A stretch of 64,000 nt of DNA from Amphiscolops sp. MND2022 (lineage: Eukaryota). Positions within the stretch are counted from its first letter, which is position 1, and every line of letters starts with the position of its first letter. The position numbers and the translations under genes are program-made. Below the pieces are notes generated by a model. It was not told the DNA's origin, ran no database searches, and worked only from the letters and a program-made list of their open reading frames with translations. The DNA lies in NCBI GenBank assembly GCA_964187785.1, contig OZ076409.1, positions 81,160,001-81,224,000 on the forward strand, read 5' to 3'. Shown in pieces: positions 1-10,979 of this stretch.

Positions 1-1138
1 CATAAATTATCACCTAAAACGCTGATTTACATGTTTTATCATAAGTTTCTCTATATGTTCATGGGTTGCATCCAGAATGACCTTGAGGTCCATCGGTGAC
101 CTTGAAGTTAATTGCCCTCATCCAAAGTTGTTACATGCCGAGTTATGTCATCCTAGGGTCAATGGTCTTCGAGTTACATGATATGCAAATGGTTTGTTTA
201 CTTAAGGCGGCTACCCCCGCATGGGTTACAAATACGGTTCCGTTCACGTTATAAATCGACTACATTCATCATTCCGGTTCGTTTGAGATATTACAAGCCA
301 AGGTCAAATGTCATTCATCGGTCGGGCCCGCGCGTCCGGTCCCGCGTGCCTCAAACAAACATTACTCTGCTCGTGGAGTATCGATCGATGTATCTTTCAT
401 GTATATTACTTAGGGTTACTAGGTGAACATCTTGGGTAAGTTTCATGATCTTGGGGTCATCCGGTGGCTATTTACATAACGTTCGGGGTTTATTTACTTA
501 GGGTCCGTACTCCTCCCACGTGCCTCGTAGGGTTCCGAAAACATTCCCAAACAGCCTAATATTACATGGGCTATCAATTCCATATATAATACGACTTATT
601 CCGTGCTTGGCCGACGAGATCGTAGGGGGGTCGACCTATGTCACTTCCGGTGCTAATAGCGTGGGACTGGGGGGTTTTGGCTCGGTTCCGTTTTTATGGA
701 TCAGTAGCATAACAGCTCAGGTATACGTGTGCCAAATTTCAAGTCTCTACGATTAATAGTCTTTGAGAAAAACCGTTTGGGGGGGGGTTTAAAGATTTGT
801 GATGTTTGGTTTTTCCTAGTGTATCTTAGAATCTTTTCGGCCAAAAGTGGGACTTATTAAAATTCGCTCTCAGAGTTTCAACTTTTACTTCGCCAATTCG
901 AATCATTTCATCGCTGACGTCACTCGCTAACTTATTAATTCTACCTAAGAACTTTCGTTTACTAAGTAAACATCAGGTTTGCCAAATGAGTTGTAATAAA
1001 ACACGCTATTGTCAGCCTTTTCAGCTGGTTTCACAATTACGACGATCTAGAAACATGATTAACGTAGTTCTGCCTAGCGTATGTACCTCGCGCAAAAGCA
1101 ATGGGTTTTCGTAGACGCCAAAAACTAAAATTTCCACA
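1..1138 (-). repeat. 3' LTR (partial) of Gag-only element
   Basis: Matches 5428-6563; the match ends at ...TTTCCACA, directly abutting the PPT. Confidence 0.9.
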
Positions 1139-1150
1139 CTCTTCCCTTCT
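1139..1150 (-). promoter_or_regulatory. Polypurine tract AGAAGGGAAGAG
   Basis: Pure purine run on the minus strand immediately before the LTR start TGTGG. Confidence 0.85.
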
Positions 1151-1912
1151 GGACTTTTATTCTCCGAATAAACCTAACATCATTATAGCTGGCTGAACCG
1201 TGGGATCTGGGTTAAACATAAACAATACAGTATGGATATAGGGTGGGGATAAGGTAGTCAAACATCAATAGCTCCGATGGTTCAAACTATCTACAATAAC
1301 TATGAACTAGCCTAACATCGACATTAAAGAAGACGATGAAAAATGCAATTTAAACATATAATCAGAAAAACACCGAAATCTCATTAAAAATAAATCTCTA
1401 AAGTAAATTTTGGGGTGGGCAACCAAGACAAAAAGTCTAGTTTAGGGTTCATAATATAGCGATGTGGGTTAAACAGGCGGTGGGTTTTTACGGGCTTACA
1501 GAGGAAAAGACAGGTTTAGCACTGGGGTGAGAGTTATGAGAAAGGGGATGTGGGTTTGCCCGTGGACACCGTACTAGAAAAATGGTTAGCGTCGGCGGTT
1601 TGGGATAACTCAATTTAACAGCATAATTTCAACAAGTGTATATAAAAAAACAATCGGACGGGCTGGGTTCTTAAAAAGAATAAAGTCAAAGACCATTCCC
1701 GAACTTCTGCATGTATTTTCTACTTATTACTGGGCAGCGAACAAAAACAAAAAAATTATATCTTCAATACTGTAACATCGTTCCTCCAAAATCTAACATG
1801 CCGTGCCATGCAGGAATTCAGCTAGTTTGGTCACATTGATGCAAGAAAAAAAAACTAGTTCAAAATTCAAAAAAATAGAAGTTGATGTTTGTAATTAATG
1901 ACTAATCTTTTG

Positions 1913-3016
1913 TCACCAACTTTCATTTGACATCTCACAATCTTTTGGGGAGGCATCTTGTGAACATATTGTCGTCACCCTATATGTCATCTTTTTCATC
2001 ACGTTTTGCGCTGCATGTTCTTCCGCTTTCCACCTTCCGTGCTTCCTGTGACTGGTCCAGCTGCAAGAATCAGCGCTTGGCACAACCACATTTCGTTTTT
2101 GTTCCACACCAGCCTCGCATTGTCCACTGTCACGAACACGTCTTGCAGCAGGCCTCTTCTGGGTGTTCCACGCAGGTTGCGGGTGGCGGACCCACTTCCC
2201 TTCTGGAGTTGACATCGTCCTGAATCCCAGTCGCTTGAACATCGCCCCGCCACTGTCCCAAATTGAATTTTGTCCATCACTCTTTTTCGCTGGCCGCGTA
2301 ATCTTCCCGAGGGTTGTTGATAATGTACTTTTGCTTCGCATCGACTTCCAACGCACCCATGAAAGCTTTCCGTGGACGCCACCCACGTGTTCGGCTCTCT
2401 GTGGCACCAACCTCAGTTCATTACGAAACTCGTTCACAGCAAATGCATCTGACTCCCAGAGAATATCCGCCACCTTGGCGCTGCTCTTCGAGGTAGCATT
2501 CTGCTTTTCCAAGGCATTTTGATAGTCGCGACCAACCTCGGGGATAACTTTCCAACGGATCCAACTACGATCACTATACTCAAAAAACGTGGGTGTCTCG
2601 TCACTTCGCCACTGGGTAACCGACCAGCCATGTTCATTGAAATTTTGATCATTTCGCAGCAACCAGCCTTCTGCGCGTCGTCGTAGCTCGCTCGGGCTCC
2701 ATCTCTCGGACGACGGGAGAACCAGCGACCACCGGGTTGTGACGGGCGTTGATGTCCTGTTCGACAACGAGTAGCTTTCCAAGATCAGCAAACGTGCCAT
2801 CATTAACATCCAAGCGGTCCACAACCACCATGAGACTGGTAACTGTTGTCTCTTCGAAATATCAGTACCGCTTGCCACTCGGAACTCGACACTTGCTGGC
2901 TCGTCTTGTCCGTTCACTCTCGAATCTTCTGGTTGTAACCAGGACAGTTTGTGTTTCACACCTCTTGGAACCCAGGGTTCTTGATTTTCGCTTCTTTCGT
3001 CGGAAGGAGGCAAGCG
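1913..3016 (-). CDS. Unknown Trp-rich ORF2 of Gag-only element (+1 frame relative to ORF1, no N-terminal ATG)
   Basis: ~366-codon open frame overlapping ORF1 by ~150 nt; the track start is TTG; no pol motifs recognised. Confidence 0.5.
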   Translation of the reverse strand, partial: RLPPSDERSENQEPWVPRGVKHKLSWLQPEDSRVNGQDEPASVEFRVASGTDISKRQQLPVSWWLWTAWMLMMARLLILESYSLSNRTSTPVTTRWSLVLPSSERWSPSELRRRAEGWLLRNDQNFNEHGWSVTQWRSDETPTFFEYSDRSWIRWKVIPEVGRDYQNALEKQNATSKSSAKVADILWESDAFAVNEFRNELRLVPQRAEHVGGVHGKLSWVRWKSMRSKSTLSTTLGKITRPAKKSDGQNSIWDSGGAMFKRLGFRTMSTPEGKWVRHPQPAWNTQKRPAARRVRDSGQCEAGVEQKRNVVVPSADSCSWTSHRKHGRWKAEEHAAQNVMKKMTYRVTTICSQDASPKDCEMSNESW

Positions 3017-4478
3017 TTAACGTTTCCCTCGTTTGATTGGAAACCCGCCCAATTCCGACTTCGACCACACATGGTTGGATCATGATTGAGAAGCACCTTT
3101 CAAGAGTCATATTTGATCTGTATGCTCCCACTCTGTCGACGGCCATTACTTTCATTTCTCTAGACACCGCCTCTTTCCAATAGAGAACTGCGACGCTTCC
3201 AGTCCTGATTTCGTTCGGTTCACTGACCAGGGACTTTTGATCTGTCAGCTGGATTCGACGCTCACAGCACACTGATGCAACCCTGATTTTTCCTGAGCAT
3301 ACTCCACCGGCTGGTCTCAAGCTTTCAGCACCTCCATTGGTCCACTCACCAAATACTGGGCCTGACATCCCGCCGTATCTTGATTCATGCAGTGTAGGGT
3401 TATCTGTCTTCTTACCAGCGGGCATCGTTTTCTTTCCATCTTTGATCTGTCTGAGAGCTTCTTTTAAGGTCAGTGGTTGGTACGGACAATAACTGTCATC
3501 GCCGCTATTCAGCTCGCTCCAGATCTCGTCCTTCTCATCGTCTGACCACTCTTCATCACTGGAATAGCTGCACCATTCGCTTCGTCGAGGCTGCCTGTGC
3601 GCAGTACCTCCTCGTTCCCCAACAGGGTCGTCGCTATCATCTTCACTGTCTTCGCAACCCCAGTATGACGCTTTCCACGCTGATGTTGGCTCCGCCACGC
3701 GTCCAGTGTTTGGGTGCGCAATGCTTTTTGATTTCGTTTCTTCGTTCTCACATTGGGCGGCATTGGAACCCTTCGCGTCAGCGACGTTTCCCGTCTGCTT
3801 CTCCTTCGTTAGGAGTCTAAAAGTTTGGAAACGTTCGTCCCCCTGGACCACTCTACTGTGTTCTTGGTCCGTTGTCAACTCCTCTTCGTGAGCTTGTACC
3901 TCAGCGTCAAAAAGTCGAACTTGATGCATTTTGCTCCACAACACATCCAATTGACTCACAAAACTGTCTTGGGGTTCCAACTCGCGGCCAATGGAGGCAG
4001 CAATCCCGGGTTGTTCTGCGACGTCTCGGAGACACTTGTCAGTCAGGCCTGAGGCACAAAGTGCAACCCAGTACTCATTACCCCTTTCTTTCAAAGCGAG
4101 TGTTTTGATCGCGCCCACTCGTCGAGCATAAACAAAAATATTTTCATCCGCCCTCTGCTGAGTCTGATGAAGAAATGTTTCTTCCAGGTTTTCCATTTGC
4201 GTAAATCCAATCACTGCTAATGTTCTGCTCAGAACGTCAATTACACTGGGGTCACCTGTTTCCGCTTCAACAGACAGCTTGGCTTCCAAAAAAGCATTGA
4301 ACACCGCTGCCACGAGAGATTCAGATATCTTCTGGCAACACTTCTGGTAGTTCCATTTCAACTGATCGGCTGTGCTCAAGAATTCCAGCAGCCACAATCT
4401 CCAACTGGGGGAATTGCTGCTCGGGAACTCTCCAACATCCACTTGGTCTCTCCCAAGACCTCTTTCCTCTGAATCCAT
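2862..4478 (-). CDS. Gag-like protein (538 aa) with acidic linker and unknown C-terminus
   Basis: Starts ~85 nt after the PBS; WRLWLLEF...W and FLHQTQQRADENIFVYARR...SGL resemble the retrotransposon capsid Q-x-x-E-x-x-x-Y-x-x-R motif. Confidence 0.7.
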   Translation of the reverse strand: MDSEERGLGRDQVDVGEFPSSNSPSWRLWLLEFLSTADQLKWNYQKCCQKISESLVAAVFNAFLEAKLSVEAETGDPSVIDVLSRTLAVIGFTQMENLEETFLHQTQQRADENIFVYARRVGAIKTLALKERGNEYWVALCASGLTDKCLRDVAEQPGIAASIGRELEPQDSFVSQLDVLWSKMHQVRLFDAEVQAHEEELTTDQEHSRVVQGDERFQTFRLLTKEKQTGNVADAKGSNAAQCENEETKSKSIAHPNTGRVAEPTSAWKASYWGCEDSEDDSDDPVGERGGTAHRQPRRSEWCSYSSDEEWSDDEKDEIWSELNSGDDSYCPYQPLTLKEALRQIKDGKKTMPAGKKTDNPTLHESRYGGMSGPVFGEWTNGGAESLRPAGGVCSGKIRVASVCCERRIQLTDQKSLVSEPNEIRTGSVAVLYWKEAVSREMKVMAVDRVGAYRSNMTLERCFSIMIQPCVVEVGIGRVSNQTRETLTLASFRRKKRKSRTLGSKRCETQTVLVTTRRFESERTRRASKCRVPSGKRY

Positions 4479-4563
4479 CTACTCTGGTTGATAACTCTGT
4501 AAAACCCACTAATATCTCCAACAGAGTCCACAAACGTTGTCAGTAACATCAAAAAGAATGGGT

Positions 4564-4582
4564 AGCCCACCCAGGAGCGCCA
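4564..4582 (-). promoter_or_regulatory. Primer-binding site TGGCGCTCCTGGGTGGGCT (tRNA-Asn type)
   Basis: One base from the LTR end TCTTACA; closely resembles the complement of the metazoan tRNA-Asn 3' end (AGCCCACCCAGG...GCCA). Confidence 0.8.
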
Positions 4583-4583
4583 C

Positions 4584-6563
4584 TGTAAGAAAATCCAATT
4601 CGGGGGTCGGAGAGAGTTTTACCTCCAATTGGAAGCTTAACAGACAAAAAGGTTGTTTTAGTGAGTTAGCCGATTCTTTTGTTGTTACTGTCAATTTCTC
4701 TCTCCAGATTTGCTCTATCGGCTCGCGTCTATCCAAAAACTTCAAGTAATGGAATAATACAATTACTTCTGTATCGCAAAAATAACACTAACTAATTCAA
4801 TTCGTTCAAACTAACTAAGATTCATCAATCAAAGGAACAATCTCGGATTCAGCCAACTACGGTTCTTACACAAGTCCCGGACTTGTCAGCGAATCTATTC
4901 GGCTAGCGACAAAGTATTCTTCTAGAAGGGTCTCTTGTCTCCGCAAGACTCAACCTTCTTCTAGTCCTCTTACTCGCTCGTCGAGAAGCGCGAGTGTTAA
5001 TCTGAACAAGTATCTTGTCTCCTCGAGACTCAACTTTCTCTCAGCTATCTAACTCGGTTCTGTCTATTCGATTATATTCCAATTCCACCTCAATTATATT
5101 TGTTCATCGCCCGCATTTTTGTTGTACCGATGTCGCTCTTTTATTTGCATGTTTTTAACTTCATGTAGTTCCATTCCTTTTATGGCACGGCGGCGCCCTA
5201 TTTATATTTCGGTCAGACATACTTCGCCGCCAACGACAAATAATTCAACACTGGTTGTACAAAGTTCACATTTCAATAATAATTCAAGTCACCCGAGATA
5301 TTTCTAATATCGAGACAATCGTTCAATGACCTTCAGTTACATGGTTTACATGCTCTCTACGTGTGAAGGTTACTTTTCCGTCCTTTTGGGCGCAATGCAT
5401 CGCGAATCGTTCCGCCTGGCTGAATTGCATAAATTATCACCTAAAACGCTGATTTACATGTTTTATCATAAGTTTCTCTATATGTTCATGGGTTGCATCC
5501 AGAATGACCTTGAGGTCCATCGGTGACCTTGAAGTTAATTGCCCTCATCCAAAGTTGTTACATGCCGAGTTATGTCATCCTAGGGTCAATGGTCTTCGAG
5601 TTACATGATATGCAAATGGTTTGTTTACTTAAGGCGGCTACCCCCGCATGGGTTACAAATACGGTTCCGTTCACGTTATAAATCGACTACATTCATCATT
5701 CCGGTTCGTTTGAGATATTACAAGCCAAGGTCAAATGTCATTCATCGGTCGGGCCCGCGCGTCCGGTCCCGCGTGCCTCAAACAAACATTACTCTGCTCG
5801 TGGAGTATCGATCGATGTATCTTTCATGTATATTACTTAGGGTTACTAGGTGAACATCTTGGGTAAGTTTCATGATCTTGGGGTCATCCGGTGGCTATTT
5901 ACATAACGTTCGGGGTTTATTTACTTAGGGTCCGTACTCCTCCCACGTGCCTCGTAGGGTTCCGAAAACATTCCCAAACAGCCTAATATTACATGGGCTA
6001 TCAATTCCATATATAATACGACTTATTCCGTGCTTGGCCGACGAGATCGTAGGGGGGTCGACCTAGGTCACTTCCGGTGCTAATAGCGTGGGACTGGGGG
6101 GTCTTGGCTCGGTTCCGTTTTTATGGATCAGTAGCATAACAGCTCAGGTATACGTGTGCCAAATTTCAAGTCTCTACGATTAATAGTCTTTGAGAAAAAC
6201 CGTTTGGGGGGGTTTAAAGATTTGTGATGTTTGGTTTTTCCTAGTGTATCTTAGAATCTTTTCGGCCAAAAGTGGGACTTATTAAAATTCGCTCTCAGAG
6301 TTTCAACTTTTACTTCGCCAATTCGAATCATTTCATCGCTGACGTCACTCGCTAACTTATTAATTCTACCTAAGAACTTTCGTTTACTAAGTAAACATCA
6401 GGTTTGCCAAATGAGTTGTAATAAAACACGCTATTGTCAGCCTTTTCAGCTGTTTTCACAATTACGACGATCTAGAAACATGATTAACGTAGTTCTGCCT
6501 AGCGTATGTACCTCGTGCAAAAGCAATGGGTTTTCGTAGACGCCAAAAACTAAAATTTCCACA
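4584..6563 (-). repeat. 5' LTR (1980 bp) of Gag-only element
   Basis: Begins TGTAAGA next to the PBS and ends TTCCACA where similarity to 1-1138 stops. Confidence 0.8.
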
Positions 6564-7188
6564 ACATGGTCGACTTCCTCAATTGGTAGTTTTTTCTTCA
6601 CAAAGCCTTCAAAAAAACTTCAAGAAAACCAAAGAAGCCTTTTCTCAAAAAAGTGATAGTTTTTGATTAAAACCATAATGCATGGCTGCTACTGTAGCAC
6701 ACATCTTTTAAAAATGTGGGAAATCTGTTATCTTTAAAATAAACGAAGTCTTGTTTGTTTTGGCCTAAACTTTTCGCATCTAGTCCATCTTTTGACGAAC
6801 TGACCTTCTTTTTGTGACCTAATCACATAGACGTATCGGAATAGAAGATATCAAAGTTTTTCTTATCGACTGGGATTGATGAACGTAGAGAACGAAGTCT
6901 AGTTTGTCTGTTGGGTTTTTTCCAAGGAAGATTGTAAAGATTGTAACAGTACACGCGTTTTCCATGGATTAAAACTCCGACAAGTTTGCAGCCCACTGTA
7001 AAATATGAATAAAGTTTTCACCAAAGTGGTTCCCTGGAAACATACGGCGCTGCTCCATCCGGCTCGAGTATCCACCCATCTGAAAACAATGAATTCGCGC
7101 ACAAATTTTCAAGTTTTTCTGTAGTCGAATCTGCTTTTTGCGGTGAATTTGAGACGAAATTCTCTGGCATACATTCTTTCACGATTAC

Positions 7189-7988
7189 CAGAAATTTCGT
7201 CGTCGGAAATTTCGTCGTCAGAAATTTAGCCGCAAGAAATTTCGTCGTCGGAAATTTCGTCGTCAGAAATTTCGTCGCAAGAAATTTCGTCGTCGGAAAT
7301 TTCGTCGTCAGAAATTTCGTCGTCGGAAATTTCGTCGTCGGAAATTTCGTCGTCGGTGATTACGTTCTATAAAACGTCGCATTTTCTTTAATCTATTAGG
7401 AATCGACTTATTATTGAGTCTTAATAATTATCGATAATTGTGTAATAATTACTATCATTGACTAATTTTTGTTATGGTTTCGAGAAAAAAAGTTTCGGAC
7501 CTTATAACTCCCCATATACACCTTGTTTGTTATCCCCCCAACGCGGAGTTGTTTCGACACTTAATGCAAAAATTTCCATTACCAAAGCATTTTTTGATAA
7601 TTTTCTGCCAAAAAAGCCCCCCTGCAGCAAGCTTGAATTGTATTGTAAAGCCCCGGTTAGTAGTTCCACCGGTAGGAGTGAAAATATACCATTGCTTAAT
7701 AGGCGTCTTAATGAGTTGATTGAATGCAATTAACTTCTTGACTGAATTTGGGTGTCAAAATGAAACTTGTTCTTAACATTTCATTTTAATAATTAAGTAA
7801 TTGTATAATTCAAATGATATCTTTTGGTGAACGCTGTTATTCTAATCAATACGACGAAATTTCTGACGACGAATTTTCGGACGACGAATTTTCTGACGAC
7901 GAAATTTCTGGATTTGCTAATACGACGAAATTTCTTACGACGAAATTTCTGACGACAAAATTTCTGGCGACGAAATTTCCGCCTCCCT
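7189..7988. mobile_element. Foldback-type MITE with inverted arrays of a 15-bp unit GAAATTTCGTCGTC(A/G)
   Basis: ~11 units at 7191-7355 and ~8 reverse-complement units at 7851-7979 flanking a non-coding core. Confidence 0.7.
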
Positions 7989-8161
7989 CTTTCACGAACA
8001 AAAATTTTTCAGTAAACCTCACAGTGGTTTTTTTTGCCTACTTCCATTTCTTTCGGTTAAATTGAATAGTGCCTTTGTTAGAAGTATCCGAAATCGATGT
8101 TTTAACGTTGTGCAGAATTCAATTCATGCCGGCTCCTTTTGACGTATAATTTGAGAGTAGT

Positions 8162-8718
8162 TTAAGTCGGCGCTTTTTAAAAATATTAAAGCCCGAATAT
8201 TACAGTCTTTCGTTTATTTTTCTCTTTATTTTGTTTTTCTTTAAGACAGACTCGAAAGCGAAAAAATTTTTGTTCACTTCTTCCACTAAACGAATATCTG
8301 GGAAACGCATCTAAGTTATTGCAAAGGGTCCCCCTTCCATTTTTGACTTTTTTAAAGTAACATGCAAAACCGGACGAGACTAAAGGGTCCCCTCTTTTAC
8401 ATTTTCAGCACTTTGAGACAGTTTGCAAATTCTCAATTTTCGTCTGAAGTTATTTTTTCTCAATGTATATCCACCAATTTTTTTTCAACACTATTCGATA
8501 TTTTGACGTTATATCCGAACTATTTTGCGTTTTACTAAAGCGGAGAAAAAGGAAGCGAAGGTTCGAAAACAACCGAGCCTATTCGTCCCAGCACGAAACT
8601 TTTGGGCGTTTTGACACTTTTATGTGAGATTTTAATAGAAAAGGCCCGAGTATGTTTTAGAATTTTGGCGCTTTTTGAACCTTAAGGGGGCGCCGACGTG
8701 AGACGTTTCCGCCTTGTT
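8162..8718 (+). mobile_element. HINE/Helentron-like non-autonomous element, copy A
   Basis: 5' AGTCGGCGC subTIR, 3' GCGCCGAC subTIR followed by a degenerate hairpin and TTGTT; GGGTCCCC core motifs. Confidence 0.7.
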
Positions 8719-9172
8719 GCAGCCTGCGTCAGCTTGCGTGATGACTCGTGAGTTCAAAGCTGTTGCTTCGCTGACAGATATCCCCGCCATCTCGATGTAC
8801 CGGTAACATACAATTTCCAAAAAGTTACAACGGTCTGTTTTTAAGCGTTACGCCCTCTTCCAGAACATTCGTGTTACGACGGAACGTTTCCAGGGGGCGT
8901 TCTGATATGCTGAGCCAGTCAATTCCGTTCTGCCGAATTGTTAACAGAACTTTAAAATTATATGGCGATTTCCCATATTCGAATTTTGGGATGTAAAAAC
9001 TGAACGAATTGAAAGACAAACTCCACTTAGACCATTCCTCTTGAAAATTCAATGGTTGAATACTGTTGACAATTTTTGAACAAGTTCCCGGGTTTCCCGA
9101 CCAGGCCGATCATAATCTGATAATATTATGGCACCATAGAAATCTTACAAATTTCCCTACTATGATCTTGCC

Positions 9173-9935
9173 ATGATCGGCCTGGAATCATATATGGTCC
9201 AGAGTATGATCGGCCTGGAATCATATATGGTTCAGAGTATGATCGGCCTGGAATCATATATGGTCCAGAGTATGATCGGCTTGGAATCATATATGGTCCA
9301 GAGTATGGTCAGCCTGGAATCATGAATTTTTGTTCCAAACGTGATATGCAACCCAAACAAAAATTTTCAAATAATGAGAACAGCCAGCTTTATAGGCTAA
9401 TGCAGCCACATTCGACCTTTTGTATCTGCGAACGATACATTGAATGTCAGAACTCCGTTAAGCTCTAAGCGGAGTTGAAGACAAACTATAGTAACTCAAT
9501 TTGTTCCCAGCCACCCCTCTTTTGTTATAGCAGTGTGATTCTCAATTATTTCGAGAAAAATAACAAATATTTCAGCAAAAGCTGCCAAAATATGATGATT
9601 GCAACCTTGTTTTCAATTTGGTGATTGTATTGTACCGGTTGTTGGGGAATATCTTGTAATTTCATCAGTGTATGCGTTAATTGACTATATTATCCTAATT
9701 TTCTTTTTATGGCTCCAGGCTGACCATACTCTGGCCCATAAAGGTTTATGGTTCCAGGCTGATCATAGACTGAACCATATATGGCCCAGAATATGGTCAG
9801 GTTGGAACCATAAACTTTGCTTTTTTATGATTCCAGGCTGATCATAGACTGCACCATATATGTCCAGAGTATGGTCAGCCTGGAACCATAAAGCTTTATG
9901 GTCCAGAGAGTATGATCAGCCTGGAATCATACTGT
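9173..9935. repeat. 33-bp minisatellite ATGATCGGCCTGGAATCATATATGGTCCAGAGT with inverted copies (foldback remnant)
   Basis: ~4.5 direct units at 9173-9323; mixed-orientation degenerate units at 9710-9935. Confidence 0.7.
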
Positions 9936-10385
9936 GAGTATGATGGCAGAGTATGATTGACCTGTTTTTGTATGGGAGGGAAACCCGGGTTACCGAGGGT
10001 ACTTTTTTGAACCATGGTTGTTGTAGAAAAATTCGGCGGAGAAGAAAGTTTATCAAGTTTATCGAATGTGTTTCAAATGCTCTCTTGATTGTAGAATCGC
10101 ATACGAATTCAAAGGGAAGCGATCTTGTCAAAACATACCGCTGTTGAAGATTCCATTCTGATCGCCATTCGTTTGCATGGACTAATGCGTGTATCGCCAT
10201 TACGATACACATGCCGGTATGAACTAGCAGGATCCTGCTAGTTCGATTTTTGTCCAATCAGAGCGCGAATATTTTGCAGTGTCAAGCGGCAGTGTCAAGT
10301 AGCCCACGTCATCCGTCTTGATCCATAACCCATAACCAGACTGGCACTTGAATGCAACAACTGTCAATTTCAGTACCAAAATAAA

Positions 10386-10868
10386 AACAAGACGGGAACG
10401 TCTAAAGTCGGCGCCATATCTAAGGCTCAAAAAGCGCAAAAGATTTTTTTGGAAAAAAATTGAAATTTTTGAAAAATTTTTTTCTTTCAAAAAAAGTCGC
10501 ATAGTGCCAAAAAAAGTTGAAAGGCGGACCCTTCTGGATTTATTAACATACATTCCGTTGCAAAATATCAAAAAACTCGAAGGGGGGAGCCTTTGGGGAC
10601 AAAAAAAAATTTCGAAAAAAAGTCGCACAGTGCCGAAAAAACTCAAAGGGGGGCCCTATAGTCTCGTCCTGTTTTGTATCTTACGATAAAAATGGACTTA
10701 CTGAAAGGGGGGACCCTTTGCACTATCTCAAATGCGCTGCCAGTATTTTAGTAGTACTGTATTTAGTAGTTGAACGTTAATTTTAACGTTCGTCGCTTCG
10801 AGTCTGTCTTAAATAAAAAAAAGTGACTGTAATAGTCGGGCTCTTTTCTTAAGAAAAGCGCCGACTAA
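10386..10868 (-). mobile_element. HINE/Helentron-like element, copy B (complete)
   Basis: Minus strand reads TTAGTCGGCGCTTTTCTTAAGAAAAGAGCCCGACT ... GGCGCCGACTTTAGACGTTCCCGTCTTGTT. Confidence 0.8.
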
Positions 10869-10979
10869 TAACGGTAATCAATAGGAAACGAAAGCAAAGC
10901 CCACCCAGGAGCTCCTATGTAGCAACTTTAGATTTCGGTGGTGGAGAGGTTTTCCCGAAAATCTAACTCTGTATAGAAA

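Larger units (their letters stand above)
1..6563 (-). mobile_element. Non-autonomous LTR retrotransposon (Gag-only, ~2-kb LTRs), 3' LTR truncated by window start
   Basis: 1-1138 is a direct repeat of 5428-6563 with about 5 differences; LTR termini TG...CA; PBS at 4564-4582 and PPT at 1139-1150 both orient to the minus strand; internal 3.4 kb has no RT, RNase H or IN motifs. Confidence 0.9.

Noticed and set aside
178..426. Identical 82-aa ORFs at 178 and 5605
   Set aside because: Both lie in the LTR copies, antisense to the element, with no recognisable motif
4564..4582. tRNA-Asn gene
   Set aside because: Only the 3'-terminal ~19 nt match; no cloverleaf upstream, so it is a PBS
7191..7355. 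15-bp repeats as CRISPR-like or coding (ORF 7814-8065 DEFSD/TTKFL)
   Set aside because: No spacers; the ORF is a by-product of the 15-nt periodicity
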